Source of the DNA: a virus
Taxonomy: Duplodnaviria; Caudoviricetes
Direction: 5' to 3' (one strand)
IMG/VR virus record: IMGVR_UViG_3300032272_000025
Coordinates: 1-46,957 of that record
Length of the DNA stretch: 46,957 bases
Positions 1 through 7,878 of this stretch are shown here, piece by piece; position 1 is the stretch's first letter, and each line of letters starts with the position of its first letter. The notes beneath the pieces are model-generated. The model was given only the letters and a program-made list of their open reading frames with translations, had not been told where the DNA came from and did no database searches. The position numbers and the translations under genes were made by a program.

Positions 1-185
1 ACGGGTCATCAAGGTCAATCAGGTTCACATGCCGTCCAGTGGATCATAGTCTCGTGATGTTGATCTATCACGCAATCCAATCGCTGAGTCGAGCTCACCT
101 CGCGGATTATGCCTTGATGGAACTTGGATAGCAAATGTCACTGCAAGTGCTGATACACGTGGTGGTGAGGTAGTGATGACCATTT
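1..185. repeat. Left copy of 185-bp end overlap (matches 46773-46957, 3 mismatches)
   Basis: Direct comparison: identical except position 65 (c vs t), 168 (a vs t) and 172 (a vs t). Joining the ends restores a terL stop/GNAT start GTGA overlap. Confidence 0.95.
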
Positions 186-2088
186 GATCACGACCATTGT
201 GTTCATGGATCACGCTGACCATCGCCTGCTCCATCTGTGCATCAGACGAGATTGATCCTTCATCAAGCAGCCATCCACGCATCTTCGAGTATGCTTCAGC
301 GTTGGTATCCTTATACTTCAGGTCTTCAATCGGCTTCTCCTGCATCCTGATTCTGATTGCATTGTAGCCGATCTCAATGAGCCTGTTGGTGATCATTCCA
401 CCCATGCCTGATTCAGAGATCAATGAGATATCAGGACGATGGGTGTCGAGCACCTTGGACAACAGCTTCACCATTCTTTCAGGGTTCGAGCTGGCTTCCC
501 ATCCAATGTTGTATACCTTCTCGCTGCAAGCATCCTTGCCACGCCTGAACTGAACCCAGCTCTGCTCTGTTGCATCACGTGCAATGTGTACGCCACATAT
601 CAATGGATCTGTACCGAGATACACACCTGACCCTCGATGCATTGAATCAATGATCACTTCTGAACTTATGAACTGCATATCCACTCCTTGTAACATGTCT
701 TCAATCGCATCCATCGTTGGGTCAATCTGGTCATCATGCTTGCCGTTCGGGAACGATGAGAACTCATGTTTATAGTCACTGACCCACTCTGCGTCTTCAG
801 GGATGCTGACGTACCCTGACTCAATGTATGGTGATGTGTCACAGGCTCGTGTGTGCTTGTCGATGTTTCTCTGAATCGCAACTACCGGGATCTCACCCTC
901 ATCAACCAGATCCTGGATCAACCCGGTGCCAGATGCTTTGTCCTCAATCTTCATTGCTCTCAGTGTTCCCATGCCTGCAACTGCTTTGTGCTTTGCCCAG
1001 AACTCACGAGCTCTCTTCTTCAGCTCAGGTCCGAGCCACTTGCCACGCAGCTGATCAAGCAACACGATGCCCTTGGGTGTCTTACCCCAGCACTGCAGCA
1101 CTGAGTAATCGTTGATCTCTTTGATCTTCTGAGCTGTGTCAGCATAGACGTATCGATACAACGTAGCAGGTGCTACCTTGTGATACTTCCACCATTCGTC
1201 CTTGAAGACTCCTCCACCAAGTGGAGATGGTGACTGCATGTACTGACCGGCGAACGTGTAAGGGTCTGCTCTCCTCATTGCTTCAAGTCTCTCGATGCTG
1301 TGCTTCTCTGGCCAGAGTGGCGTACCATCATCATTGATTGCAGGGATGCAGAGATGCTCCCATTCATCACCAGAGCCACCGTCGAGCAGGAACCCAGACA
1401 GATCGTCATCATGTAATCTCTGCATGATGAGAATGATCGGCGTATCTTCTGAGTTGGTACGTGATGCAATGGTGTTGTTGAATCGTTCGTTGACGGTGTT
1501 ACGCACCGCCTCTGATGAAGCATCACCTGGCTTGAGTGGATCATCTATCAGGATGCAGCCAGGAAACCCATCACATGGGCTGCCAGTACCTTCATACACT
1601 CTCTCAATGGCACCAGCACCGAAACCAGTTACAGATGCACCAGCAGCTGTTGCATACAATCCACCACCTTCTTCAGTGTACCACTTCTGCCGGGAGTCAG
1701 TGTCTGATCGAATGCTGACATTGAAGAGTCTCTGGAACTCATCACATTTGATGATGTCCTTGATTGCTGAACTGTTATCCATCGCCAGCTCACCAGAGTA
1801 GCTCAGATGCATGTTACGAGCTGCAGCGTTGTTGGCCATCGTCCACGCCATGAACATCTTCACAGCCAGCTCAGTCTTACCATATCGTGGTGCAATGTTG
1901 ATGATCAATCGACGACATTCACCACTGACGACACGCACCAGTGCTTCAGCAATCTTCGTGTGATGAGGTGCAACAACGAAGCTCTTGCCGTACATGATCT
2001 TGAAGAAGTATCGCAGAAAGAACATGAAGTCGCTGAGCAACTTCACCCTTAATACTTGATCTCTCTCCGCCTGTGTTGGTTGTGTCAC
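25..2088 (-). CDS. terL: Terminase large subunit with extra C-terminal degenerate nuclease-like domain
   Basis: Walker A APRYGKT, Walker B ILIDD, IMQR coupling motif, RNase H-like nuclease motifs YADTA, IEDK and HDDQID; lies directly after terS. About 217 extra residues follow the nuclease domain. Confidence 0.95.
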   Translation of the reverse strand: MTQPTQAERDQVLRVKLLSDFMFFLRYFFKIMYGKSFVVAPHHTKIAEALVRVVSGECRRLIINIAPRYGKTELAVKMFMAWTMANNAAARNMHLSYSGELAMDNSSAIKDIIKCDEFQRLFNVSIRSDTDSRQKWYTEEGGGLYATAAGASVTGFGAGAIERVYEGTGSPCDGFPGCILIDDPLKPGDASSEAVRNTVNERFNNTIASRTNSEDTPIILIMQRLHDDDLSGFLLDGGSGDEWEHLCIPAINDDGTPLWPEKHSIERLEAMRRADPYTFAGQYMQSPSPLGGGVFKDEWWKYHKVAPATLYRYVYADTAQKIKEINDYSVLQCWGKTPKGIVLLDQLRGKWLGPELKKRAREFWAKHKAVAGMGTLRAMKIEDKASGTGLIQDLVDEGEIPVVAIQRNIDKHTRACDTSPYIESGYVSIPEDAEWVSDYKHEFSSFPNGKHDDQIDPTMDAIEDMLQGVDMQFISSEVIIDSMHRGSGVYLGTDPLICGVHIARDATEQSWVQFRRGKDACSEKVYNIGWEASSNPERMVKLLSKVLDTHRPDISLISESGMGGMITNRLIEIGYNAIRIRMQEKPIEDLKYKDTNAEAYSKMRGWLLDEGSISSDAQMEQAMVSVIHEHNGRDQMVITTSPPRVSALAVTFAIQVPSRHNPRGELDSAIGLRDRSTSRDYDPLDGM

Positions 2089-2582
2089 ATAAAGCTCACT
2101 GGCTTCTCTTCTACGATCACAGCATCAGTGATGCCGTTCAGCTCATCTTCAAGTGCTTGTGAGATCTCTCTGACTCGATCAGCTGACATTGATGTCAGTG
2201 ACTGCAGCTCCTTGCCACCTGACGTGATGTCACGCTTCTCTGATGCAAGTGCATCAACTACCCGGTGCTTGGCAATCAGGTTCAGTGCAGCATTGGATGC
2301 AGCCAGGTTGCCGTGCTGTCGGGCTATGTAGTGATTGTCCACTGCCTGACGCAACAGCCACTCAGCATCAATGTCACTGTTCTTCTGTCGATCAATGACG
2401 ACTCGCTGAATAGCTTCAACGATCTCATCATCCTTCAGCTGATCATAGCCCCAGTCAGGCTGCCTACCACACGCTTCAGCAGCTCGTCGTGCACTGAAGT
2501 CCCTGACGTACTCAACGACAAAGATCGCCTTCCTTAACGGGAGACGACCTATGATCGGATACTCAATGGTTGGTTCAATCAT
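2085..2582 (-). CDS. terS: Terminase small subunit
   Basis: FVVEYVRDFSARRAAEACG N-terminal HTH typical of TerS, ALNLIAKH helix, DITSGGK tail; overlaps the terL start. Confidence 0.9.
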   Translation of the reverse strand: MIEPTIEYPIIGRLPLRKAIFVVEYVRDFSARRAAEACGRQPDWGYDQLKDDEIVEAIQRVVIDRQKNSDIDAEWLLRQAVDNHYIARQHGNLAASNAALNLIAKHRVVDALASEKRDITSGGKELQSLTSMSADRVREISQALEDELNGITDAVIVEEKPVSFM

Positions 2583-2588
2583 GGCGCA

Positions 2589-2617
2589 ATCATACGCCTG
2601 TTACATTATGGGGTCAA
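2589..2617 (-). promoter_or_regulatory. Sigma70-type promoter for terS (probably leaderless mRNA)
   Basis: Minus strand TTGACC-17 nt-TATGAT; ATG begins 7 nt after the -10; no SD. Confidence 0.65.
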
Positions 2618-2619
2618 TG

Positions 2620-2817
2620 TCACTGCTTCACCAGCCAAGTTGCTTCTTCAAGACATGGATCACAGATCGTCGCGTTGTCACCGCTGATGAGCTTCTGATC
2701 TGGTACATCACGCTTCAGCTTCTTGCAGAATGAACACTTGCAGTCGCAGTCACCCTGGATCTTACCACACGTGTTGCATGGCTCCTTTGTGTTATCTACT
2801 ACTATTCTCAGTGTCAT
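2620..2817 (-). CDS. Small protein with ClpX-type C4 zinc finger
   Basis: CSFCKK...KLISGDNATICDPCL resembles the ClpX zinc-binding domain; extra CxxC..CxC; SD GGAGG; ATGA overlap. Confidence 0.75.
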   Translation of the reverse strand: MTLRIVVDNTKEPCNTCGKIQGDCDCKCSFCKKLKRDVPDQKLISGDNATICDPCLEEATWLVKQ

Positions 2818-3137
2818 CTCATCCTCCGATTTCTCATCTGTTTGTTCTGGTATTTCTTATTCTGCTTCAACTCACGATGCAGGTGTCGTTTGTTCCACGG
2901 TGATGCTTCTCGCTTCACACCTGCGAATGGCTCACTGTGGGTGGGCATCACTGGTAACAGGAAGTCACTCGCACTGTAGGATCGCAGGGACATGCTCATG
3001 TGATACAACTCATCATCTGGTTCAAACATAGCGGTCAACTCTGCCAGTGCTTCCACTATACCTGCATCATGGTATCCACCGACGACGATGATGGCGGAGT
3101 GGTTCCCACAGGTGCAGCCGCATTCACAGCAGATCAT
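2814..3137 (-). CDS. Hypothetical protein
   Basis: SD GGAGGTGG upstream; overlaps the next gene; basic C-terminus. Confidence 0.6.
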   Translation of the reverse strand: MICCECGCTCGNHSAIIVVGGYHDAGIVEALAELTAMFEPDDELYHMSMSLRSYSASDFLLPVMPTHSEPFAGVKREASPWNKRHLHRELKQNKKYQNKQMRNRRMR

Positions 3138-3141
3138 ATCT

Positions 3142-3243
3142 TCACCACCTCCACCCTAGCTCTGCCATGATTGCCATCACAGTCACAGCCACGATGATTA
3201 GGCCAGCCAGCGTCGCCAATACATTATCAATAAATTGTTTCAT
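3142..3243 (-). CDS. Small single-TM membrane protein (33 aa, not in ORF track)
   Basis: MKQFIDNVLATLAGLIIVAVTVMAIMAELGWRW; SD GAGGAG; ATGA overlap with the upstream gene. Confidence 0.6.
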   Translation of the reverse strand: MKQFIDNVLATLAGLIIVAVTVMAIMAELGWRW

Positions 3244-3491
3244 GATTCTCTCCTCGCAACTGTCTGCCAGCCGCTTCTCATCTCGATGACTCTCATACGC
3301 TTCACAGGATCACCGAGGTCCCTGATCAGCTGGTTGATGTCTCCATTGCGGAACCCACGCGACGTGATCCACCGTACAAGGCTCTTGCACTCATCACAGC
3401 GCCACACGTACATGCGAGTTGATGACTTAGCATTCTTGAATGCATCAGCTGGCGCATGAGTGCCGCAGATCTTACATGATATCTGTCTCAT
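3240..3491 (-). CDS. Zinc-finger hypothetical protein
   Basis: CKIC...CDEC pairs; ATG at 3491 lies just downstream of a promoter. Confidence 0.6.
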   Translation of the reverse strand: MRQISCKICGTHAPADAFKNAKSSTRMYVWRCDECKSLVRWITSRGFRNGDINQLIRDLGDPVKRMRVIEMRSGWQTVARRES

Positions 3492-3499
3492 AGTTGCCA

Positions 3500-3528
3500 A
3501 GAATAGCACGCCATACACCGTAATGCAA
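3500..3528 (-). promoter_or_regulatory. Leftward sigma70-type promoter with extended -10
   Basis: TTGCAT-17 nt-TATTCT with TGn before the -10; ATG follows after 8 nt. Confidence 0.55.
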
Positions 3529-3675
3529 ATCTTCACTTGTTGCTAGAAATCACATGCCAACAGTAAAATGCCAACAGTAAGCCAAAAACTCGCTCAGTCT
3601 TTTTTTCACACCGTGAATTTTCGCTGTAGCGATTTTCCATTTTTACTAAAATACTGTTGGCAAACCATATATTAT

Positions 3676-3788
3676 CCTTATAAATCAAACTAATAACTCA
3701 CCAACTTCAAGTAAACTTTTACTGTTGGTTTACTGTTGGTACTGTACGCAAAGGGCTAAAACAGCACCTAAGTGCTTGATTTATAAGG
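3676..3788. promoter_or_regulatory. 13-bp inverted repeat pair containing IHF-like sites
   Basis: CCTTATAAATCAA (3676-3688) and TTGATTTATAAGG (3776-3788). The right site reads AATCAAGCACTTA on the - strand, matching the IHF consensus WATCAANNNNTTR. Confidence 0.65.
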
Positions 3789-3846
3789 TTTGACATTCTA
3801 CACAACATTAAAATAACATGAAGAAATGCCCCTTTTTCGTCGATAA

Positions 3847-3904
3847 TTGTGACACTGCGTCACAACATCATGTCGCAGAAAATGTTATGTGACATTGCAT
3901 CACA
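3847..3904. promoter_or_regulatory. Two palindromic operator-like sites TGTGA-N7-TCACA
   Basis: TTGTGACACTGCGTCACAA (3847-3865) and TGTGACATTGCATCACA (3888-3904), 40 bp apart. Confidence 0.6.
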
Positions 3905-3982
3905 GTCACTTTTTACAAATAACCACACTCGCATTGGTATTATTATTTGACCAACAGTAAAACCAACAGTAAACATTTTTGC

Positions 3983-4011
3983 TTGACAGCTGTATTACGA
4001 TGTATTACAGT
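3983..4011 (+). promoter_or_regulatory. Early rightward sigma70 promoter P1
   Basis: TTGACA-17 nt-TACAGT; TGTATTAC direct repeat at 3991 and 4001. Confidence 0.75.
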
Positions 4012-4042
4012 TCGCACATCGCAGCAAAACAAGGAGATCAAC

Positions 4043-4222
4043 GTGAGAGAGATGACTGATCGAGAAGTAAGTGTGTTTGCAGGTGCTGATAAAGGCTGGG
4101 AGTCTGACGACGGTGTGTTCTATGTCCTGTGGAGTGCACGTGATCAGAACTACAAGGTGTTCAAATCCATGCAGCACATCGTCACAGTTTACAGTTTCAG
4201 CGAAGCAAAGAATTATTTATAA
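4043..4222 (+). CDS. Early hypothetical protein
   Basis: SD AAGGAG 6 nt before GTG 4043; first ORF after P1. Confidence 0.6.
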   Translation: MREMTDREVSVFAGADKGWESDDGVFYVLWSARDQNYKVFKSMQHIVTVYSFSEAKNYL

Positions 4223-4235
4223 AGGAGAGAAGACC

Positions 4236-4571
4236 ATGGCTAAGAAAGTCACTATCAACATAGCAACAGTAGAAGGTCTGAGGAAAGCATCAGGTAGCAT
4301 CTGCATCCTGTCAGTTGGTGACCGCAAACACCGCTTCCTGCTGCAGTCATGCGAGCACACAGGTGGTGTTGACGTCCTGACCCACATCGCATCAGGTCAG
4401 ATCGTCTGCAAGGGTCTGAAGGCAGCAGCGATCCGCTTCCATTGTAACGGTGGTGATCGCTGCATCGCCATTCGTGATGCGGCACGTGATGCACTGGTTC
4501 GCCTGATCGACAAGGCCGGTGCTGATCTGGTCAACGAACGTCTGGACAATGCCCCAGTAGTGAACAAGTAA
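4236..4571 (+). CDS. Early hypothetical protein
   Basis: SD AAGGAGAG before ATG 4236; LTHIASG motif. Confidence 0.75.
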   Translation: MAKKVTINIATVEGLRKASGSICILSVGDRKHRFLLQSCEHTGGVDVLTHIASGQIVCKGLKAAAIRFHCNGGDRCIAIRDAARDALVRLIDKAGADLVNERLDNAPVVNK

Positions 4572-4584
4572 GAGGAGAAAAGAG

Positions 4585-4851
4585 ATGGAATTTGAAACAG
4601 ATTTTATAGCAGTGTCAGTGACTAATGAGCACAGAGAGGAGTCAGCTTCTATTGCTTTCTCTAACAATGATGAGGATATCCCTGAGCTCATTGAGATGGC
4701 TAAAACAATCGCAACAGCAAGGTTGAAGTTCGACACCAAGGGCTCTGTCACTGTTCAACAGTTCTTCAAACCCACGTCGATCGGTGATGAGGTCGTCAGA
4801 CCTGTGACAGAGAAGCTGTTCAACTTTGAACTGGGTATGTTTGGATCATGA
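4585..4851 (+). CDS. Hypothetical protein
   Basis: SD AAGGAG; ATGA overlap with the next gene. Confidence 0.75.
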   Translation: MEFETDFIAVSVTNEHREESASIAFSNNDEDIPELIEMAKTIATARLKFDTKGSVTVQQFFKPTSIGDEVVRPVTEKLFNFELGMFGS

Positions 4852-5390
4852 TCCTACCAAAACAACACCAACTCATGATCCGCAAGCAGGGTGAAGACTG
4901 CGGCAAGCTGACCGGTGGCACTGTTGTCAGGGTCAACAAGCTAGTCAGTTACAGTGGTAAGCCTCCGAAGCATGCGATTGTAACTATCGTGACCGGCCCA
5001 CACAAAGGCTGCAGAGTCGGCAGCACGAATGTAAGTCTGTATCACTACGGGCGACATGTGAAAGAAGAAATAATAGCAGCAATGAAAGCTGACAAGGAGA
5101 GTAAAATGAAGAAACAGCATAAACACGCAGAACTGATTAAAGCATGGGCCGATGGCGCAGAGATCCAGGTGATGCCGAAGACAATAGCCAACGTCTGGAT
5201 CGATGCATCAACTCCCACATGGGAAGAAAGCTATGACTACCGCATCAAGCCTAACGACAAGATCCTGTACATGGTTACAGATAACCAAGGTTACCCAACC
5301 GTAGCATCAGCACCCTGGCCTCAAGCACATCAGTATGTCATCACCATTGACACTGAGAACAACTGGATCAAATCAGTGGCGCCGCTATGA
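4848..5390 (+). CDS. Hypothetical protein; C-terminal half resembles a common phage family (HKHAELIKAWADGAEIQ...YRIKP), likely with an internal start at 5106
   Basis: Translational coupling at both ends; in-frame SD AAGGAG plus ATG at 5106. Confidence 0.7.
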   Translation: MILPKQHQLMIRKQGEDCGKLTGGTVVRVNKLVSYSGKPPKHAIVTIVTGPHKGCRVGSTNVSLYHYGRHVKEEIIAAMKADKESKMKKQHKHAELIKAWADGAEIQVMPKTIANVWIDASTPTWEESYDYRIKPNDKILYMVTDNQGYPTVASAPWPQAHQYVITIDTENNWIKSVAPL

Positions 5391-5545
5391 TCAATACCTA
5401 CCTTGCAGTGTGCTACACACTGATCCTGATTTTTGCAGCAGTGCTGTTGCAGAATGACACACCACTGAACATAACACTTGCCAGTGTGTTCGGTTTATCA
5501 ATACTGGCTCTTGTACCAGTAATTATCAGAGGAGAGAAGAAATGA
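5387..5545 (+). CDS. Two-TM small membrane protein (52 aa, not in ORF track)
   Basis: MINTYLAVCYTLILIFAAVLL...LASVFGLSILALVPVIIRGEKK; ATGA overlaps at both ends. Confidence 0.65.
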   Translation: MINTYLAVCYTLILIFAAVLLQNDTPLNITLASVFGLSILALVPVIIRGEKK

Positions 5546-5727
5546 AAATGCAGAAAGTAACAGTAACAGTTAAAACAGAGACTACTGACATCGAGTCGGT
5601 CAGGGCACTGTTGATCGACATGCTCAACCAGCTCGACAGCGGCGAGCAGAAGACAACCGGCTTGCTTTGTGCCAGCGACGGTGACCAGGTTGAATGGAAG
5701 ACAACCTATAAGAACGTGGAGGTGTAA
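5542..5727 (+). CDS. Hypothetical protein
   Basis: SD GAGGAGAG; coupled to the upstream ORF. Confidence 0.7.
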   Translation: MKMQKVTVTVKTETTDIESVRALLIDMLNQLDSGEQKTTGLLCASDGDQVEWKTTYKNVEV

Positions 5728-5729
5728 AA

Positions 5730-5924
5730 ATGAGCAAATCAGGATTATTCACAAGGATCGCAGCAGCAGCGACTGCGTTCTTCGCCGGCAGCAAGCCAGC
5801 ACCAGAACAGCTGCACATGCCAAAGTTCAAACAGTACGGCTACACAGGCACTCGCACATCGCCCGGTAGCCGTGCAAACAAACGTCGTCGCCATGAGCGT
5901 CGGACACGCGGCAACGGCAAATGA
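5730..5924 (+). CDS. Small basic hypothetical protein
   Basis: SD GGAGGT; Arg-rich C-terminus. Confidence 0.65.
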   Translation: MSKSGLFTRIAAAATAFFAGSKPAPEQLHMPKFKQYGYTGTRTSPGSRANKRRRHERRTRGNGK

Positions 5925-5992
5925 AACACGACTGCAAGGTCGCCATCCTTGTAGCAGTGATACTAATCTTAATGGCAATAATCGATAAATAG
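5921..5992 (+). CDS. Tiny hydrophobic peptide (23 aa)
   Basis: MKHDCKVAILVAVILILMAIIDK; ATGA overlap; fills the gap between neighbours. Confidence 0.45.
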   Translation: MKHDCKVAILVAVILILMAIIDK

Positions 5993-6002
5993 GAGTTTGA
6001 AG

Positions 6003-6197
6003 ATGTACGGTGATATCAATAAATTAAATGAAGACCAGACACCACTGCAGGCACTGAAGTCAGAAATCAATGCTCTGAACAGCAGGGTCGAACGTCAGCT
6101 GAAGAACGCTGAGAACGACGACCAAGCTGATGTGTTTGAACAGGTCACAGCCAAGCTCGCTGCGTCGCTGAGCCTGCTTAAAGAGCTGGAAGAGTAA
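6003..6197 (+). CDS. Coiled-coil hypothetical protein
   Basis: SD AGGAG 7 nt before ATG; heptad-like pattern. Confidence 0.7.
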   Translation: MYGDINKLNEDQTPLQALKSEINALNSRVERQLKNAENDDQADVFEQVTAKLAASLSLLKELEE

Positions 6198-6269
6198 GCT
6201 GTTTGACAGTTGCCACTGGTGCGCCGGTGGCTTCTGCCAGATTCGCTGCAAGAGAGAAGGAGAGATAAC

Positions 6270-6527
6270 ATGGGACTCAAAGCATCATTTATAAAAATCA
6301 GACCCAGGGTTGGAGCACGTTGGTCTGCAGAAGAAATGGACGACCTACGCGACATGCTGGATGCAAAGCTGTCACTGGAAGATCTATCCTGCCTACTGGG
6401 CCGAACACCTAAGTCAGTGATCAGGCGCATAGCCCAGAACCGGCTGAATAGACAAGGTGAATACCTGCCAGAGCTTAGAAGGTATCACGAGTTGGCACAG
6501 AAGTTCGCAAGGTTTGGTGGACGATGA
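6270..6527 (+). CDS. HTH (Myb/GcrA-like) DNA-binding protein
   Basis: WSAEEMDDL...LSLEDLSCLLGRTPKSVIRR; SD AAGGAG. Confidence 0.7.
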   Translation: MGLKASFIKIRPRVGARWSAEEMDDLRDMLDAKLSLEDLSCLLGRTPKSVIRRIAQNRLNRQGEYLPELRRYHELAQKFARFGGR

Positions 6528-6667
6528 TATCCCCAACAGTAGAACCCGGCCACTATCGTCGCAGAGTTGAAGCAGCGCGACGAGCTGAAGCAGAAGAGAA
6601 GCAGAAGAAGTTCAGCACTGCGCCAAAGAAGCTGAGCAAATCCGAGAGAAAGAGGAGAAGGAAATGA
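6524..6667 (+). CDS. Small basic protein (47 aa, not in ORF track)
   Basis: MISPTVEPGHYRRR...KSERKRRRK; ATGA overlaps at both ends. Confidence 0.55.
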   Translation: MISPTVEPGHYRRRVEAARRAEAEEKQKKFSTAPKKLSKSERKRRRK

Positions 6668-7191
6668 ACAACGGTAACGAGTCAAACAGTCAGTACGCAG
6701 AACGGATGAAGATCCTGTATAAGAATGACCTGCTGATCCAAGAGCTCTGTGAGAGATCCATCAGTGCCGAGCGCCAGCGTGTCGGACTACTGGAAGCACT
6801 GAAGCAGGACGCAGCTATTCGCAGTCATGATTGTCCGGGCTGCCCGGGTGATGAATGTGGTGCGTCGTCGGCCAGTGAAGAGTTGTGGACAGTAACCATC
6901 CCTGCACTCGTAGCCGGTGACGAAACGATCATAAATGAACTATTCCAGAAGGTGCTGGCTGTGTGCGGCAACCCGGCGACTGACGATGGACTGGTGCAGG
7001 GTGACCTTGGGCCAGAGCTCACTACTAAAGGTGAGCGTGAGGCATATCAGATCGGCCGACGTGACGCTGACGCTGAGGCAGAGCAGTCAAACTTCACCGA
7101 CGAGATTCGCGAAGAAGTACTCGAAGAGCTGGAGAACGAAGGCTTCACTGCTGCAGAGCGTCATTTGAAAGAGCTGTGGGGTTACCAATGA
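6664..7191 (+). CDS. Hypothetical protein
   Basis: SD GAGGAG; 175-aa ORF in operon. Confidence 0.75.
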   Translation: MNNGNESNSQYAERMKILYKNDLLIQELCERSISAERQRVGLLEALKQDAAIRSHDCPGCPGDECGASSASEELWTVTIPALVAGDETIINELFQKVLAVCGNPATDDGLVQGDLGPELTTKGEREAYQIGRRDADAEAEQSNFTDEIREEVLEELENEGFTAAERHLKELWGYQ

Positions 7192-7246
7192 TGAACAACG
7201 CACAGAAACACGCAGCGGTTGAGGCTGCACCAGATGGAGGTGAAAA

Positions 7247-7447
7247 ATGAAACTGAAGTGTAGCGATGGTGTTGTGCGAAGTTTCTCTATAGCCAGTTAC
7301 AACGAATTATTTGGAGACTACACCGAGGCACGGTGCAATTTATGTGGTGAACTGTTCGGGGTGCATGACACCCACATATTGAAACCAAGATTCAAGCAGC
7401 ATCGGTGCAGCAATAAATCCGTTGAAGGTTGCGGAGGTGAAGGATGA
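7247..7447 (+). CDS. Small Cys/His hypothetical protein
   Basis: SD GGAGGTGA; CNLC...HRC. Confidence 0.65.
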   Translation: MKLKCSDGVVRSFSIASYNELFGDYTEARCNLCGELFGVHDTHILKPRFKQHRCSNKSVEGCGGEG

Positions 7448-7719
7448 CTGACCAACAAGAGCGTGAGGCGTTCGGAAAATGGTGTGTTGAGGAAGTAAAG
7501 ACACCTGACTACCCCACATTTAATATATTCAGAGCAGGCCGCGCATCCATGCAGGCAGAGGTTGATGAGCTGAACGTGTTGAAGTCGCATGTCAAAGTGC
7601 TTATGTCTTTATTTGATGAGGGATTTAATAGCGACTCGCATCACGACCTTATTGAGTGGGAGGAGAGGGCCAAGATCGCAATTCGGGCAATCAAGCAGGC
7701 AATGGAGGTGGTGAAATGA
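7444..7719 (+). CDS. Hypothetical protein, partial paralog of the next gene
   Basis: SD GGAGGTGA; shares GRASMQAEVD with 7747-8265. Confidence 0.7.
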   Translation: MTDQQEREAFGKWCVEEVKTPDYPTFNIFRAGRASMQAEVDELNVLKSHVKVLMSLFDEGFNSDSHHDLIEWEERAKIAIRAIKQAMEVVK

Positions 7720-7878
7720 CTGACAAACAAGAGCGTGAGGTGTATAATGGCAACATGTAGTGCTTGCACCAAAATTTATGACGGGCGGCAGTACAGGTCA
7801 TGCCCTCATTGCTTTGAGAAGCGGAAGTATGATAAAGCATACGCCGATGGCCGCGCATCCATGCAGGCAGAGGTTGAT
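7537..7878 (+). repeat. 30-bp exact direct repeat (7537-7566 and 7849-7878)
   Basis: GGCCGCGCATCCATGCAGGCAGAGGTTGAT occurs twice. Confidence 0.9.

Larger units (their letters stand above)
3557..3973. repeat. Seven CCAACAGTA iteron-like repeats in the AT-rich control region
   Basis: + copies at 3557, 3571, 3951, 3963; - copies at 3652, 3720, 3731. Confidence 0.85.

Noticed and set aside
1-185. DGR-like pattern: all three end-overlap mismatches are A in one copy on the minus strand
   Set aside because: No reverse transcriptase or Avd gene is present, three sites can match by chance, and the two copies are the same locus on circularisation.
3847-3904. CRP binding sites
   Set aside because: The spacer is N7 in both, whereas CRP needs TGTGA-N6-TCACA; kept as unknown operators.
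3557-3973. CRISPR array
   Set aside because: Repeats are only 9-11 bp, in mixed orientation, with irregular spacing.
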